64,000 bases of DNA from Eutreptiella sp. 'Long Island Sound 2002' (Eukaryota; Protista; Euglenida). Positions 24,382-36,828 of the stretch are shown one piece after another (positions within the stretch are counted from its first letter, which is position 1; every line of letters begins with the position of its first letter). A program made the translations under genes and the position numbers. The stretch is taken from assembly GCA_964036045.1 (NCBI GenBank), contig OZ038378.1:184388001-184452000 (forward strand). Reading direction: 5' to 3'. Below the pieces are notes generated by a model. It was not told the DNA's origin. It did no database searches and worked only from the letters and a program-made list of their open reading frames with translations.

Positions 24382-24809
24382 TAATTCAATTCAGTACAAA
24401 ATGTAGTGCAACCACATAAGACATGGTTTTGGTGACAAATCTGCCAATTACATGGAGTCATTTGTTGTGATTGTTTGCCCACTTGAACCCACGGAACTCT
24501 GATTTGGGAGATATTTGTGCATTATCTTCCCCTTTCTTGCATCAGCTCACCATGCTGGTAGTTTAATGTGTCGCGTGCAAGCTACGACCTTGTCTAAGCT
24601 ACATTAGGCGTAGGGACCGTATTAATTCCATACCTTTGTGTAGCTTGCACAAGGGGTGGGGGGGTTACAAGTAGGAATTTACCCCCTACAAATAGCCCAA
24701 ACGTCAATTTGCATCCTCCTCTTCTCTGGACATGGGCTGCCTATGACAAAACCCAAGCTCGGTATGTGTGTGTGTCGAATGTGATCTGTGTTCGCATGAC
24801 AAAAACCCC

Positions 24810-24840
<31 letters not shown>

Positions 24841-25723
24841 CTGGCACCGTGGTGGACAAGATTTAGTGCTGAAAAATTAAGGCAAAAATGAGTAATGCCG
24901 CATACGCCCGAAAGGAATGGAAAAGACAAGGTGAGTGTGGTGAATCCACCATCTGCCACGTTAGCTATATGCCAACCAAATGGTGGTTGTTTTCGCATTT
25001 TTCTTGAAAATCTAATGAACAAAACCATTTGCTTCAGGGGTCGCGCTTAGCGCAGTGTGCGCGCAGTGCAAGGACGCCCCCTCATGGTTATTTTTTTAAG
25101 CATAAATGGGGGTAGGAAGGAAGGGAGGGAGGAAGGTAGCATGACAAATATAGGCAAATTCCCCTATCCCTAGCCAAATAGGCCCTTCCCCGTGTACCTA
25201 GCTCCGCATCTGCATTCTCCAGCCCACCAGGTGTTGCAACAGGCTTTTCTCCGCCTTCTCACTGAAGGCCTTTGAGAGGGCACACTGTGCGTGAATTCAG
25301 TGGTTTTTTTCCTTCAAGTGCACTGCCTGAGTGACCTTTTGCCTATGGGAGGGGGGCATGAGGAGGAAAGCATGCAAGAGCAAGGTATGATCGGGTTGGA
25401 TGAAAGTTGCAACCCCAGCTCCGGGCTTTTGTGGTCCATACTCTCCAACCTCCCCCCCGCTTTCCCCCGTGCCGCCTTGCAATAACAATGCTCAACGCAC
25501 TGAAAATGCTGGAAACAACACCTCCTGTTTTTCCAATAAGGACATTGTTTGCACCCACTGTGAAAAGACACAACCACCAAAGCAATGCTTCATCGAGTTC
25601 CAGACAGGCATGTCTAGGGGGGAACGTTAGCCGCCGGGCGCGCGCCGGGCGCGCGCCGGGCATCTTTTTGGACCCGTGCCCCACCGGTGACCTTTTAGGG
25701 GGTGCGCTAAGGGGGCGCACTTA

Positions 25724-26100
25724 GGACAATCTTTGAATCCACGCTTCATTGCATGGTGCATCATGGTGACCCCCGGCGTAGGTTTTGACTTCCGATTTTG
25801 TTCCCTTTGTTGGGGACCACCGAGAATGCAGGGGTGATGTAGCATTTCCGCCCTCTTTTGGGCCCCAACCGTCCGGTGCTATTGAGGAAACCGGGACAAT
25901 CTTTGAATCCACGCTTTGTTGCGTGGTGCATCATGGTGACCCCCGGCGTAGGTTTTGAGTTTTGATTTTGTTCCCTTTGTTGGGGACCCCCGAGAATGCA
26001 GGGGTGATGTAGCATTTCCGCCCTCTTTTGGGCCCCAACCGTCCGGTGCTATTGAGGAAACCGGGACAATCTTTGAATCCACGCTTTGTTGCTTGTGTTG
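25724..26100. repeat. 170-bp tandem repeat (about 2.2 copies) inside the Harbinger element
   Basis: GGACAATCTTTGAATCCACGC starts at 25724, 25894 and 26064. Confidence 0.9.
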
Positions 26101-26217
26101 TTGTTTGTGTCGAATTCGCCGATACCGGCACTTGAAGATCCCTGCCTCGAGCTTTCATACCCCGGCTCGAGGAGGAGGCAATCAGGGGCTTGAAGATCCC
26201 TGCCTCGAGCTTTTGTT

Positions 26218-26754
26218 TTGATTTGGGATGGGTACGGACCTTCTCGTACCCGAGGGGATTTCTTTGATTTTGAAGTTGGGGGCCATGATGGCGCTTATAA
26301 AGGCCGGATTCATGTCATTGTGCCATTCATTGGAAGAAAGAATGGCACTTTGACAGCCCGCCAACAAGGTTACAATGATGTCCATGGGTGGTACAGGGCA
26401 CGCATTGAGCAGCTGTTTGCTCGGTTGTGGCATTGGGGTTTGGTTAGGAACATCTGGCGTGGCGGCCCCAATGAGTTGCACCAGTCAGTCCGCATTTTGT
26501 TGCATTTCACTCAGTTTTGCATCCGGAGGCAAGTCCGTCACCCCCCCTACGGACCATGGGAGCATGTCCCGCCTCAGGTTTGGACTGACCAAAGCAACTC
26601 GGCCGCCACGCAAGATGAGGCAGAGGATGAGGCGGAAGTGTGTGTTTTGTGTTGCCAAAGGCGCTCCACCGTCGCAGTTTGTGATGAGTGTAAGGAGCAC
26701 TATTGTAATGAATGTATTGATACCCACACTTGTGGGACCAATGTTGTTTGTTAA
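26218..26754 (+). pseudogene. C-terminal half of a DDE_Tnp_4-like (Harbinger/IS5) transposase with a terminal B-box-like Zn finger
   Basis: GHDGAY (second Asp) and GYNDVHGWYRARIEQLFARLW (catalytic Glu), then CVLC-x9-CDEC-x4-CNEC-x3-H. The N-terminal half is missing. Confidence 0.8.
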
Positions 26755-27564
26755 GTGCAACGCAAATGACATTTGGAGTGGTTGAAGTCACAGATATTGC
26801 TTTATTTTGCAACGTGCTTTGTAGGGAAGGTGTGCAGTGCAATGTGGTCTACTTGGGGGGCTTCTCCATGGGAGGGTAAATCTGGGGCTGAAGTCGGGAT
26901 ACTTAATACAAAAGTAGCGCGCCGGGCGCGCGCCGGGCAAACATTCCCCCTAGGAGGTGCATCAAAGTCACATACTGAGAGGATGGGCAAAAAGTAGGAC
27001 AGTAGTCAGCATCCTTGAGATACCATCCCCAGCCCCAAATCACAGGAAAATCGGGTCTTCAGAGACAACCAGAAAAAAGAACCGCGAAATTCCATGGTTC
27101 CAAAGATGCGGAGACAGGTCAGATTATTATGGTCCTGCACGTTGTGCATACAGAGGCTAGCGTAGAGGCAGGAGCAGGCCGTACCTGCGCGCCACCTTCT
27201 CATGCCCTTGGTGTACGTGGCGCGAGGGAAGGACCCATGTCAGTGGCTCGGGTTTGCTTGCAGTACACCCTCCCATGCCCATCCTGCGTCAGCCCTCCAT
27301 GGGTGGGTGGGGGGGGGGGGGTCTCACCCCCCCCTGTGCTGCCGACAAGGTAGCAAAGGCAGTTCCAAAGTTGCGGAAACAACACCTCGTGTTGTTCTGA
27401 CCAGGGCGCTGTTCTTGCAATAGAGGGATTGGTCCCTGCATGTGGTGTTTTGACTGGTTCGTAGGTTTGGGGATTGGACCCCGATCACAGGCGCTGTGCA
27501 GAAAACCCCGAGAACCAAGCAGTCCTCAGGCCCTGGCTGACAGACCGTCTCTTTGGGTTTGTAG

Positions 27565-27912
27565 ATGTCACAACATGCCACATGTTTTTCTCCCCTCTCC
27601 AGCGGCCCGGCAGGCTGCACGTCTCCACCCCACAGCTGCCAACGCGTGAACGACACCTGCGAGGCCAGGCAGGGCAGTGGTTCTCGAGCTCGAACTTGGT
27701 CAAACGGGTGCTGCATTCTGGCTTTTGTTGTCGTCGTGGCCAGCGCCGCTGTATTGGAGTTGTGGTGTGCCCCAGCCCATGTCGAGTGGTTCACTGTGGC
27801 ATCCGCTGCAACTGGGTACGCCCCGCCGAATGCAGATGCCCCTGGGGCCTCCTTCTTTCGTCATGCAACGCCAACCGCTCACTACAATGAGCCCCTTGTG
27901 GGGCGTTCGAAG
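27565..27912 (+). CDS. Possible first exon with a hydrophobic leader, perhaps of the downstream hydrolase; frame and joining unresolved
   Basis: TTTGTAG|ATG at 27565, hydrophobic CCILAFVVVVASAAVLEL and donor AAG|GTGGGT at 27913. The phase does not match 30308 in this frame. Confidence 0.2.
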
Positions 27913-28523
27913 GTGGGTGACATGCTGCAGGGGGCTGCACGAACGCCCCAAATGGCAGGCATTGTGGAACAAGTCCCGGGGACTGCCACTGCCGGCGAGG
28001 ACTCCCAGCAAACGCACAGCCAAGTGCTCAGGTGTATGTGCAAGCACTGTTGTGTTGGTAATTATTAGTCCCATGAACTCTGGGTCTGGACACCCTGCTG
28101 TCTCTGTGCATCCTCCTGATGTGCTCCAAAGCTTTGAGCCCCCTGTCTTATTCGGAAAGAGACAAACGGATGGTCTGCCACAATTTGTGGGTGGATTCAC
28201 ATGAGTTCATGGTAAGCCATTGCAGTAGCGAGCCTGCGGTATCCCAAAGGCCGTGAGCAATGCTGTGGACCCACGGCTCGAGGTCCAGATGGGGCCACAG
28301 CCTTGGACATGCGGAACATTGCAGACAGCTTCGGGCAGACCTTGGGGTACTTCGCCAGAGCCAATAACGCCGGCTTTCCCCTGAGCTTTGGGAACACATT
28401 ACAATCAAAGGCAATCAAAAGTTCAATGTGGCATCCAGCCCAGTTTGCGGCAAACAGAATAGCGGAAAGGGATTGTGTAGGATAGCCTCTGCCAGCCCTG
28501 CGCCCCATGACGCGTCGACCCTA

Positions 28524-29173
28524 CACGGGGGGGGGGGGGATTTCGTGGCACTTTAATTTCGCGTGGGAAGTTTCGCGTTTCAAATTGACCGCGAAATTTC
28601 CCACGCGAAATTCAGGGTTCTCCGCGAATTTCTCATACACTACCAGTACACACTGTGGACTCTTGCGGGGGGTGATACACACACAGTGACAGTGACAGGT
28701 GTCTTGCATGTGCCATCTGTTTCAGCTTCAACCCCCTGTGGATTGCGTACACTCACATTTCATTCAGCCCTTGCCTCATGGAACGGTTTTTGGTCCGTAA
28801 AAGTGCACCCCAGAGTGAAGTGCAACATCTAGTGAATCATCTGAAGGAGTTCCCCTCAAGAAAAATTCCGTTGCAAAACGTGGCACGTACAAAAATAAAC
28901 CGTGGTCTGATTGAGCTACCGACCAAAGAGCTCCTTTGCAGGGAGTTACGGTTGCCCTTGCCAGGGGTGTAAGTCGAATTCCACTGTCAAAGTTTGAACA
29001 CATGTCAGGACCTCATCACTGGCAGAGTGTGGCAGATGGGTCTCCCCTGCATTGTGAGTGGCACCTGTGTCTCAGCTGTACACACATCAACATTTCTGGG
29101 AGTGCCCGCGAAATTTACCGCAGTGAAATTTACCACTGCGAATTTGACTTGGCACGAAATCCCCCCCTCCCTG
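28524..29173. mobile_element. Tc1/mariner-like MITE with CGCGAAATTT subterminal repeats
   Basis: TA|CACGGGG...GATTTCGTGGC and reverse-complemented TA|CAGGGAGG...GATTTCGTGCC; TA on both flanks. Confidence 0.7.
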
Positions 29174-30307
29174 TATGGGGCCCCCTGGTGGTCTGGTACA
29201 GTGAAAGAAAATTGGTGCACATCAACACCTCACAAGACGACGACGCCATCCTCATTTGCACGCGTCTTGTACACGCGGTTGGGGGATGCGGGGGTTAATT
29301 CACAGGGGAATGAGGGAATGCTGACGAACCCCCCCCCCCCCATCCCACCTTGGCCTAACACGGGCTTGTCCAAACACGGCGACCCCGCGTTTCCGCATTT
29401 TTGGACCTTTTTAGGAACCATCGTTCTACGGTTCCGATCCAGTAGAGAATGTGGTTTGCAGCTTTGTGCAGGCTGCAGGAAGGGTACATATGGGTGTCAA
29501 AGTGTTGGTGTGGCTGTAATTCCATGTGCTCTTGTGTTCTGGGGTGTATGCTGGCATGTTGCTTTGTATTGTCATATTTTGAGGGGTACATCTGCAACAT
29601 GTCTTCCGTGGTACATGCCGCGTGGTGACATGGGTTTGTCCAAACACAGCGACGCCGTGTTTTTGCACTTTTGCCCCCTGAACCAGCAGAGATCACGGAG
29701 AGTTAGTGGCGGTTATCTTTAGGGTATACATGTTACATGGTGTTACTTCGACAAACGTGGGTTTGCGTAGGATCAATGTATGTGGCTCCATGATGAAAAT
29801 ATGCCCAAAACACTAGTATTACGGCCACTAGTCTCGGTTTCTGTGGGGCACACCCACAGAAATCGAGCCTAGCGAGTCTCGTTGAATCCGAACTACCCAA
29901 TGTGATCTATGGATACCCCGATTGGGGTTCCCATTGCGCTTGTAGTAATGTGTGCCCAAACTTCGGTCCAAAACTGCCCTATAAACGCTCAAAATGGCCA
30001 GAAAACTGCAAAACGATACCACTATTGGGAAATAAAGTACCGTTTTGGATCAAGCCGAAACGGTGGGGAATCAACGGGTAACACCGTGGGGCAAAACAAC
30101 ACTTAGCAGCCAGGAAAAAATTCAGCCAAAATTCAGCCAAAATTGGTTGAAAAACCGCTCAAACCCTGCTAACTCATCAAAACGGGCATAAACAGAGCAA
30201 ATGAAGGTGTTTTCCGAGGTTTCTCATCAAGCCAGCTCATTTGAGGAGTATAGGTGCGGGTGTATGGAACATTTTTGAAAATTTGCACCAAGTCGTTATC
30301 AGCACAG

Positions 30308-30485
30308 GTTCTGGACGTGGACAGCGGCGGCGGGGCCCCTGGCTGCCCTATCGCCGCCGCCATGCCCTCGGCTTCACAACACTGCGCTTTCTCTCCCTGA
30401 GTCCCAACGGACGCATGCAACAGGGCCAGTTCCCGAGCCGCTCTGCTCCGATGGTGCTGATTCTGAGAGAAGCGCAGATGTTCGT
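30308..30485 (+). CDS. Possible upstream exon of the hydrolase gene
   Basis: CACAG acceptor and canonical GTGAGT donor at 30486. One open frame ends in phase 0, compatible with the exon at 32268. Confidence 0.3.
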
Positions 30486-32267
30486 GTGAGTGCCAGTGCT
30501 TCTTTGTGTTGTGCTGCCCCAGCATGCTACTGAGTGCTCAGCAGATGATGTGCCTGTGACGTGATTGTTGTACCATCCCCTCGCCCAATGTTCTGTCGCA
30601 GACCTACCGGGAGTAGATGTGGGGTACACCAGCACTCATGTGTTGTGCATAGTGATGGGCTTGCCCAAGCGCGGGACCCGTCAAGCTGCGTGTTTGGGGT
30701 TGGGCCAGGCGCATTGCACGTCTTTCAGGAAGGCGCCGCCCCAGCCCCTGTGCGTGTGCTTATCGCAGTGCACTTTGGCCCATGCAATGTTCGATGCAGA
30801 CACACTGTCGTCCCCTGTACAGCATGTTGGCTACACCCTGGCGGACGCTGGGATCCTTCTTGCTGCTGTGTGCTGGACTCCGTGCGATGTGGCATGCCTA
30901 TCGGTCTCGGTCGAAGAGGTGGGCCATGTGTGCAACTGTGGCAGAAGAAACAGTCCAGGTCAATGCGCCCAACTGCATGTGCCATTGTTCCCAAGGGGCT
31001 GCCGAACATTCGAAGCCGACCGGCGACCCCCCCCCCCTCCCCTTCTTCGAAATTCAGGATCAAGTGCAGCAAGACATAAGGAGTAGGTCCTCATCCACTG
31101 TAGATATCTCGCTGATCAGCGATTGGGAGCAGAGAGACTCTATCGGAACTGAGCACCCGCAGTTCGAGAACAATATTAGCGCTGCTGTAGTCCCGCTCGT
31201 TTTGTTGAATATGTCTTGCAGCTTCTTCGAAAAAATGATGTGCCGTGGTTCCGTGCCTCCAAGGGCACGAGTGCTGGACGGCATTAATTTAAGGGTGTAG
31301 GGAAGGGCAGCAGCACCATGGCCGGACAAAAAGAAGACAAGAAACAGCATGGCTGTGCATCCACAGGGAAGAAAAGAGCATTGCAATGAAATGTCGACAT
31401 TTTGAGGTTGATGAAGACCGCAAAGAACTCAGCACAGGCTCCAAAACGATTCAAAGCGTCATGTGCCAGACTGCAGGGGGAGGACCATGGATGTATAGTC
31501 TGCAAGCAGATGCCAATGACAGGATGGCACATCGGAAAGGCATATGATTGGTCCTGTATGCACAACGTGGAGAGTAGTGCTTAAATGTTAACTGTGTCTT
31601 CATGTGACTCTCCTTGACCTAGTGGTTTGGGCAGGTATTGGGTGCAGTGCGCAGGCGATTGGTTGATTCTCCCTTCCCAACAGAAGGAGCAATGACACAG
31701 GGGTCTAATGAAAAATATTGGGGGGTGAAAGCTACAGCCAATGGTGACTCTCAATTAACAGTTTAGTGTAGGTTGATTGGTGCATTCTGCATTGGGAATG
31801 CCAAGGGCACCCTGAGCACTATGTGTGTCACCACCAGATTTTTGGGTTTTGTTGCACTGTGTTGATTGGTGGCAATTTGTTGATTGGTGTTTGGCGTCAT
31901 ATTGTTGTTGTTGTTGTTTGGCGTCCTGTTTTGCTCGTAAGCTGTTATTGGCAGTCCGAGAATCCCTCATCAATCGTACAAAGGTTCACTGGTACAAGGT
32001 TTGGATGAATAACGTGAGACTCGCTGTTCTTTCGTTTTAGAGCACTCACCATGCCCTCCTCTTTGCTCGCGGGTGTCCCCACCGGTGACGAAGGGGCAGA
32101 TTGAGAGGGTTCGGGTTTCGCAAGTGGCCCATCATTCCTTGCCGTCCTTGCCAAACTGTTGCTTTCTGATGTGGGTGAGCAGGTGGGTAAGCCTGGGTTG
32201 GCGCTGCATGTGTCAGCCTGCCCCACTTCCCAGCCCCTGCCCCTCCCTCCCAATCCTGCTGCCACAG

Positions 32268-32534
32268 CCGTCTATCTTTAAGTCCGTGGGCAAGCTCCTC
32301 AAGGTGTTGCTGCTGGTGTACGTACCGATGTGGGTTGTGATAGCCCCCATCGCCATGGCCCTCTGGTTTCTGCTCCTGCCATACACGCTGGTGCGGCGCC
32401 TTCTGGTGGGCCCTGGGGACACCTCCCCGATGCAGGTTCAGTCGTACCCAGCAGCAGCGCATGGTGCCCACACGGGACAGACGCTGTTCTTCATTCATGG
32501 GTGGCCCGACTGTGGACGTCTGTGGCACAAGCAG
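32268..32534 (+). CDS. Alpha/beta hydrolase (epoxide hydrolase-like) exon A: membrane anchor plus HGWP motif
   Basis: Pyrimidine tract and CAG acceptor; TLFFIHGWPDCGRLWHKQ|GT; 89 codons joining in frame to 35912. Confidence 0.85.
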
Positions 32535-35029
32535 GTGCGATGGTTGTGCGTTGGGGTCAGGGCACTTCGTAAGATGGGGTCGACCTTCACCACCGGGGGG
32601 CAAGGGGGGGGGAGGCTTGAGGCATAAGGGCAAAACAACGTTCATAAAGGTTCATCGGCCTTAAACGCTCTTGCAAGTAAGCCACTGGTTGGGCGGGGGC
32701 ACAGCAACCCCCCAACCAGCGTGTCACTGTGTTTCGGGGTTGGGCCAGTGTGTATGTCGTGGACTGTGGCTCAGCCAAGCCGTGGGGGAATGCCTGTCCT
32801 GAAAAAGTGCCTGCCTCCTCCAGGATTTGAACGGCCCCCCTGCCCCAAGTCGGCAAAAAATGGTTTGGGCTCAGCCCAGGGCAGGTTACCACTGCACCCG
32901 GCGCATGCGGACCACGTCCCATAGTGCAGCTATTTTTGGCCTGTATCATGCTGTCCTGTGCGTACCACAGCCAAAGTGGATGAACGGATGACTCCCCCCC
33001 GCACAAAAGACAGACAACACAAATGAATCTTCAATTAAACCCAAAGTTTTCGCTTTATCAGCCACCCTTCATGCCACGGCTCCGTTGCTTTGCCCATGCC
33101 AGAGGTACCCAAAATGTCCGTGGCTCCATGCTTTACCTCCTCCGGTGGCGATTTTTGGTGTTGGGTTATTCTCGCAGAAACAGAAAAACTGTCGAAAAAA
33201 ATCACTGTTCGTATTTGATTATCAGGTTTACGGACAAAAAACACTTCTGCTCGGGGTTACAGCCAAAAAAAAAAAGTACTCAGGTTACACCTTTCTTTGG
33301 CACTCAGGGTGCGTTTTTCCAACCAGCCCGCCCCGCCAAACCCTGTTGCTCAGCAGCGCCCTGGCGAAAGCCGGGCTCTAAGGCGTCAGACACAGGAATC
33401 AGGTCTTCCCCACCCCACCCCAAAACCTGGCCGGAAAGTGCCCCCTCCTCTGCAATTCTCCTTGGGCCCAAAACGGCCTGAAGCAACTGTATGTCCAGTT
33501 TTGTACTCCAAGACACGCAATCCACGCATTGTCCGCTTTGACATATGTCGGTTGAGGTACCCTCCAACGCTCTGGACCGCGTCCCCAGGGGTGCGCTTGA
33601 TGATTCGGGGTTCCAAAAGTGGTTCCCCTGGTGGTTGTGGTGGTTGGAAATGCTGTTGGGAGGCACACGTATGGCCCGTGCCAATGATGGCCGTTGGAAG
33701 CCGACAGAGGCCGCTTGGGCAGAACAAACTGTCACTTCAACGGGGGGCTATCACTCCGCCTCTTCAAGCGCGTGCCTGCCTGTCGAAAGTTGGATATGGT
33801 CGTGACGGTCGACGATCAACGAACCACTTTACGCCACTCGCGGTCTACATGCGGCTGTATCGTTCTGGCACCTCTAATGTCCTGTTAAACCTTTTCTCAG
33901 AGTCTCACTGAAGTCGACAAACCTCCTTTTTGCACCCAACTTCCATACTTGTGGACATCTTTCTTCATCCCCCCTGGGCTGGGCCCCCCACCCCAACCCC
34001 CCGGGTTTCATGAAGGACGTGCCGCCCCAGTGGAGCGTAGACCTTTTGAGACCGGATTGCCATGGTGTGCCAGCGCATGCGACGTTCCAATCGGGCTTTG
34101 GTGCCGGAAACAAGACCCAGGGCCTCTGATCAGCAGCCTCTGATGTGTGACACCGACACCCCACCGGTCCCCCGGCTCTACGCAATGGTTTGGGCTCGCT
34201 TTTGGCCGCCGGTCTCCCAATGCGGACGCCGCACATGCGCCGGCGCGGCGGCGAACAGCGCATTTGCCGAAGGTTTGCCCCCACGGTTCTCGCCCACAAT
34301 GCGCCGGTCAAAATGATGGTCCTTTGCGGGTCCGCGTGTTGTGGTTCCCGCTGCCCCCCGAGCCCCCGCCTTGGCCTGCGCTATTCCCCTCCCTCGGACT
34401 TCTCGAGTTGCCCCGCCCCCCCAAACGAGGGTGAGCAGTCCCAGCCCGCGCGCCTGTGCCCCATGGCGATGCATTCCGAGTACACCACCGGCAGATGCTC
34501 GCGTCTCTATCCGTCGATCCCCTTGCCCAACCTCCCCCCACCCCTGATTCTCCCGCGCACTCCCCCCAACCCCCCACCCTGCGCTTACAGGACTTCCCCT
34601 GCGAGTCAGGGTGCCCCCATCAGAGGTCGCCACGGCGCCACAGGCCTACGGTGTAGGTGTCCCAGGAACAGGGCAGTGCTAAGCATGTCCCGAGGACTCC
34701 AGCAGCGCCGTGCGCTTGGGTGTTGAGGAGCGGCTCGAGGGCCACCATCTGTGACCCCTCAGGGGTCAGTCCACGAGTGCCCTCGGCCAGCGTGCCCCTC
34801 CTGGCAGCCAGTCCATGGCCTTAGGGGCGCACTAGGGAGGCAGCACACAGCGCCTGCTCAGCGGCTGGAGCCCGTACGATACCCGACCCGTTGTCGCGTG
34901 GAGCGAGCAGCTGTGCCCACATGCCCCCCCGCCCCCCGCCCTCCCTCCCCAGGCCCACACACACAGACACGGCGGTATCTACCGCTGGCTCGCGCGCGGG
35001 GGGGGGGGGGGTCCGCGCCCAGTGGGCCA

Positions 35030-35400
35030 CCGCTGGGGCCCGTGCGGAGCAGGGCACCTGGGGCTCACGCAAATGGAAACACAGAGAGGCAGGTTGTGGA
35101 CGGCCTGAGGACGGAGTCGTGTGGACAGGAAAAACGGTCAAACGACCCCCACAACAACCAACACAACCTCAATATGTCAACTACTGAGCGCCGCTGACGC
35201 GCAAACGGCACATCCTGCCACATCCAGCACAGCCCCAGCACACCAACCACTAGGCTCCGTGAACGCGGAAACAACACCAGCAGGAGCACCCGCCGCAGCG
35301 GCCAACTGAAAGCAGTAACCCGACGCAACATACAGAGGGAAGAACGGGTGACTGTCCAGGGCCCCGAATAGAAACAACAACCAGACAAATGTCACACAGG
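35030..35400. repeat. Interspersed repeat of about 370 bp in a hydrolase intron; same family as 1345-1475
   Basis: Shared sequence with 1345-1475. Confidence 0.8.
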
Positions 35401-35602
35401 GGGTCTGGGGGCTGTCATCAGTCCAGCAGGGCCTTGAGACCGAACATTGAGGTCGGTCGGTACCAGTCATGTGCGCTGGAGGGACGGGCCGCGACCGTGG
35501 GAACCTGGACACCCAATAGAGGCCATGTCCCAGGCCCCTGGGCCCTGTCAGGAAAATGATCCTGCAGATGCACACACCAGCGCACAAGTCAGTGCTGGAG
35601 TC

Positions 35603-35713
35603 GGCAAACCCACAATGGACTCGGAGTGTGCATCTGGATGCACCTGGTCAACGGCACACGGGCAACAGCCCGTCTCTGGGACGGCCGACCCCGGAGTAGT
35701 CAAACAGGACAAG
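35603..35713. repeat. Near-identical direct repeat of 38719-38827, with a second shared block at about 35833-35858 and 38881-38901
   Basis: GGACTCGGAGTGTGCATCTGGATGCACCTGG...CCCGTCTCTGGGACGGCCGACCCCGGAGTAGTCAAACAGG is present at both loci. Confidence 0.85.
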
Positions 35714-35911
35714 TCATCCAGGGGCGATAGAAATAAAAAGCCCAAGAAATTGTTAACACAACCAGAACACGTTCAGACCCACAGAGCGTCGGAATGTACA
35801 ATGGCGAGAGGCCAATCGGCGCCGCCAACGGCAAACCAACCAACACCATGGCCTCGTGCCCCCCGCACCCCGCGCGCTGCGCCCAAAGGGTTGTGCTGTA
35901 TCTGCATTCAG

Positions 35912-36115
35912 GTGCAGTATTTCACGGAACGGGGGTACCGTTGTGAAGTGGTCACGCTGCCAAACTGCGACGGCAACGGCGGCGGATGGGGGATGGACTG
36001 GGACGACCTCGTGGATACGCTTCTGGTCGCCGTGCGTGCGGCCGTGGGGACTGACGGCAAAGTGGTGCTCTTCACGCATGATTGGGGCGCGACGCTTGGC
36101 TACCGCATTCAGCAG
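35912..36115 (+). CDS. Hydrolase exon B with the nucleophile motif HDWGA
   Basis: CAG|VQYFTERGYRCEVVTLP...VVLFTHDWGATLGYRIQQ|GT; 68 codons. Confidence 0.9.
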
Positions 36116-36363
36116 GTTTGTTTGGCTTCGCATGGCACGGCAGCTGCCGCTGTGGCAGAGCGTTATGATGTGGACGCCTGGAATTGGTTGTGTCCTGTCC
36201 AAAGGCGTCGGCCACCCCACGAACGCCAAGGGGTACCCCCGTAGCTCAACGGCCGTTCAGTCAGGGAGGCGCCGGTCGGTTGTGGGCGTCCCGCCGGATG
36301 GCCACTTGGTCACAGGGGTCGGTTGGGTCAATCCACCAGCTCCTGCAGCCCCGACCCCCGGGG

Positions 36364-36617
36364 CAGGGGCGGTCTCGACGAACACGGCTGCTTTCGTCCT
36401 TTTTTTCAGTGTGCCAGAGACCGCCCCCATAACGACCGCCCTATTCCCTACCCGCCGCCAGTCACTTGCCAACTGCCGTCGGTAACCCGTCAACTCCTGT
36501 CGGTTACCCTCCAACCGCCGTCGTACACCCTCCCACCGCTGTTCATTACCTCGTACCCGCCCGGCAGTGGTACAGGCGCCGCGGCTTTTTTTTTTTGTGC
36601 TACCAAAGACCGCCCTG
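36364..36617. mobile_element. hAT-type MITE related to 5785-6190, in a hydrolase intron
   Basis: Ends CAGGGGCGGTCT and AGACCGCCCTG with internal CAACTGCC/CCAACCG-like repeats. No clean TSD. Confidence 0.6.
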
Positions 36618-36635
36618 CCCGACCCGTTTCAACAG

Positions 36636-36828
36636 CTGCACCCGGAGCTCGTTTCCCGCGTGGTGGCCCTGGACATCGGGGCGCAGATGCCCACCACCGC
36701 CTCTTTTAAGTTCTTCATGTGCACGTACCAGCTGCTGAATGTGCTGCTGTTTCTCATGGGTCCGCCGGTGGGCGATTGGGGCACGCGTGCGGTCATGCGT
36801 CTGATGCGGTACGACGCGCGCCCTTCAG
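36636..36828 (+). CDS. Hydrolase exon C
   Basis: CAACAG|LHPELVSRVVALDIG...YDARPS G|GT (phase 1). Confidence 0.85.

Larger units (their letters stand above)
22368..24665. mobile_element. Family A C-run TIR element carrying two nested insertions (a LINE fragment and a Harbinger derivative)
   Basis: Starts TA|CCCC...CCTTGTCTAAGCTACAG and ends ...TAGCTTGCACAAGGGGTGGGGGGGT|TA. Segment 24382-24664 aligns along its length with 58550-58875. Confidence 0.7.
25618..26950 (+). mobile_element. PIF/Harbinger-like non-autonomous element (1333 bp)
   Basis: TIRs GGGGGAACGTTAGCC and reverse-complemented GGGGGAATGTTTGCC. 3-bp TSD TAG at 25615-17 and 26951-53. Contains a DDE remnant. Confidence 0.85.
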
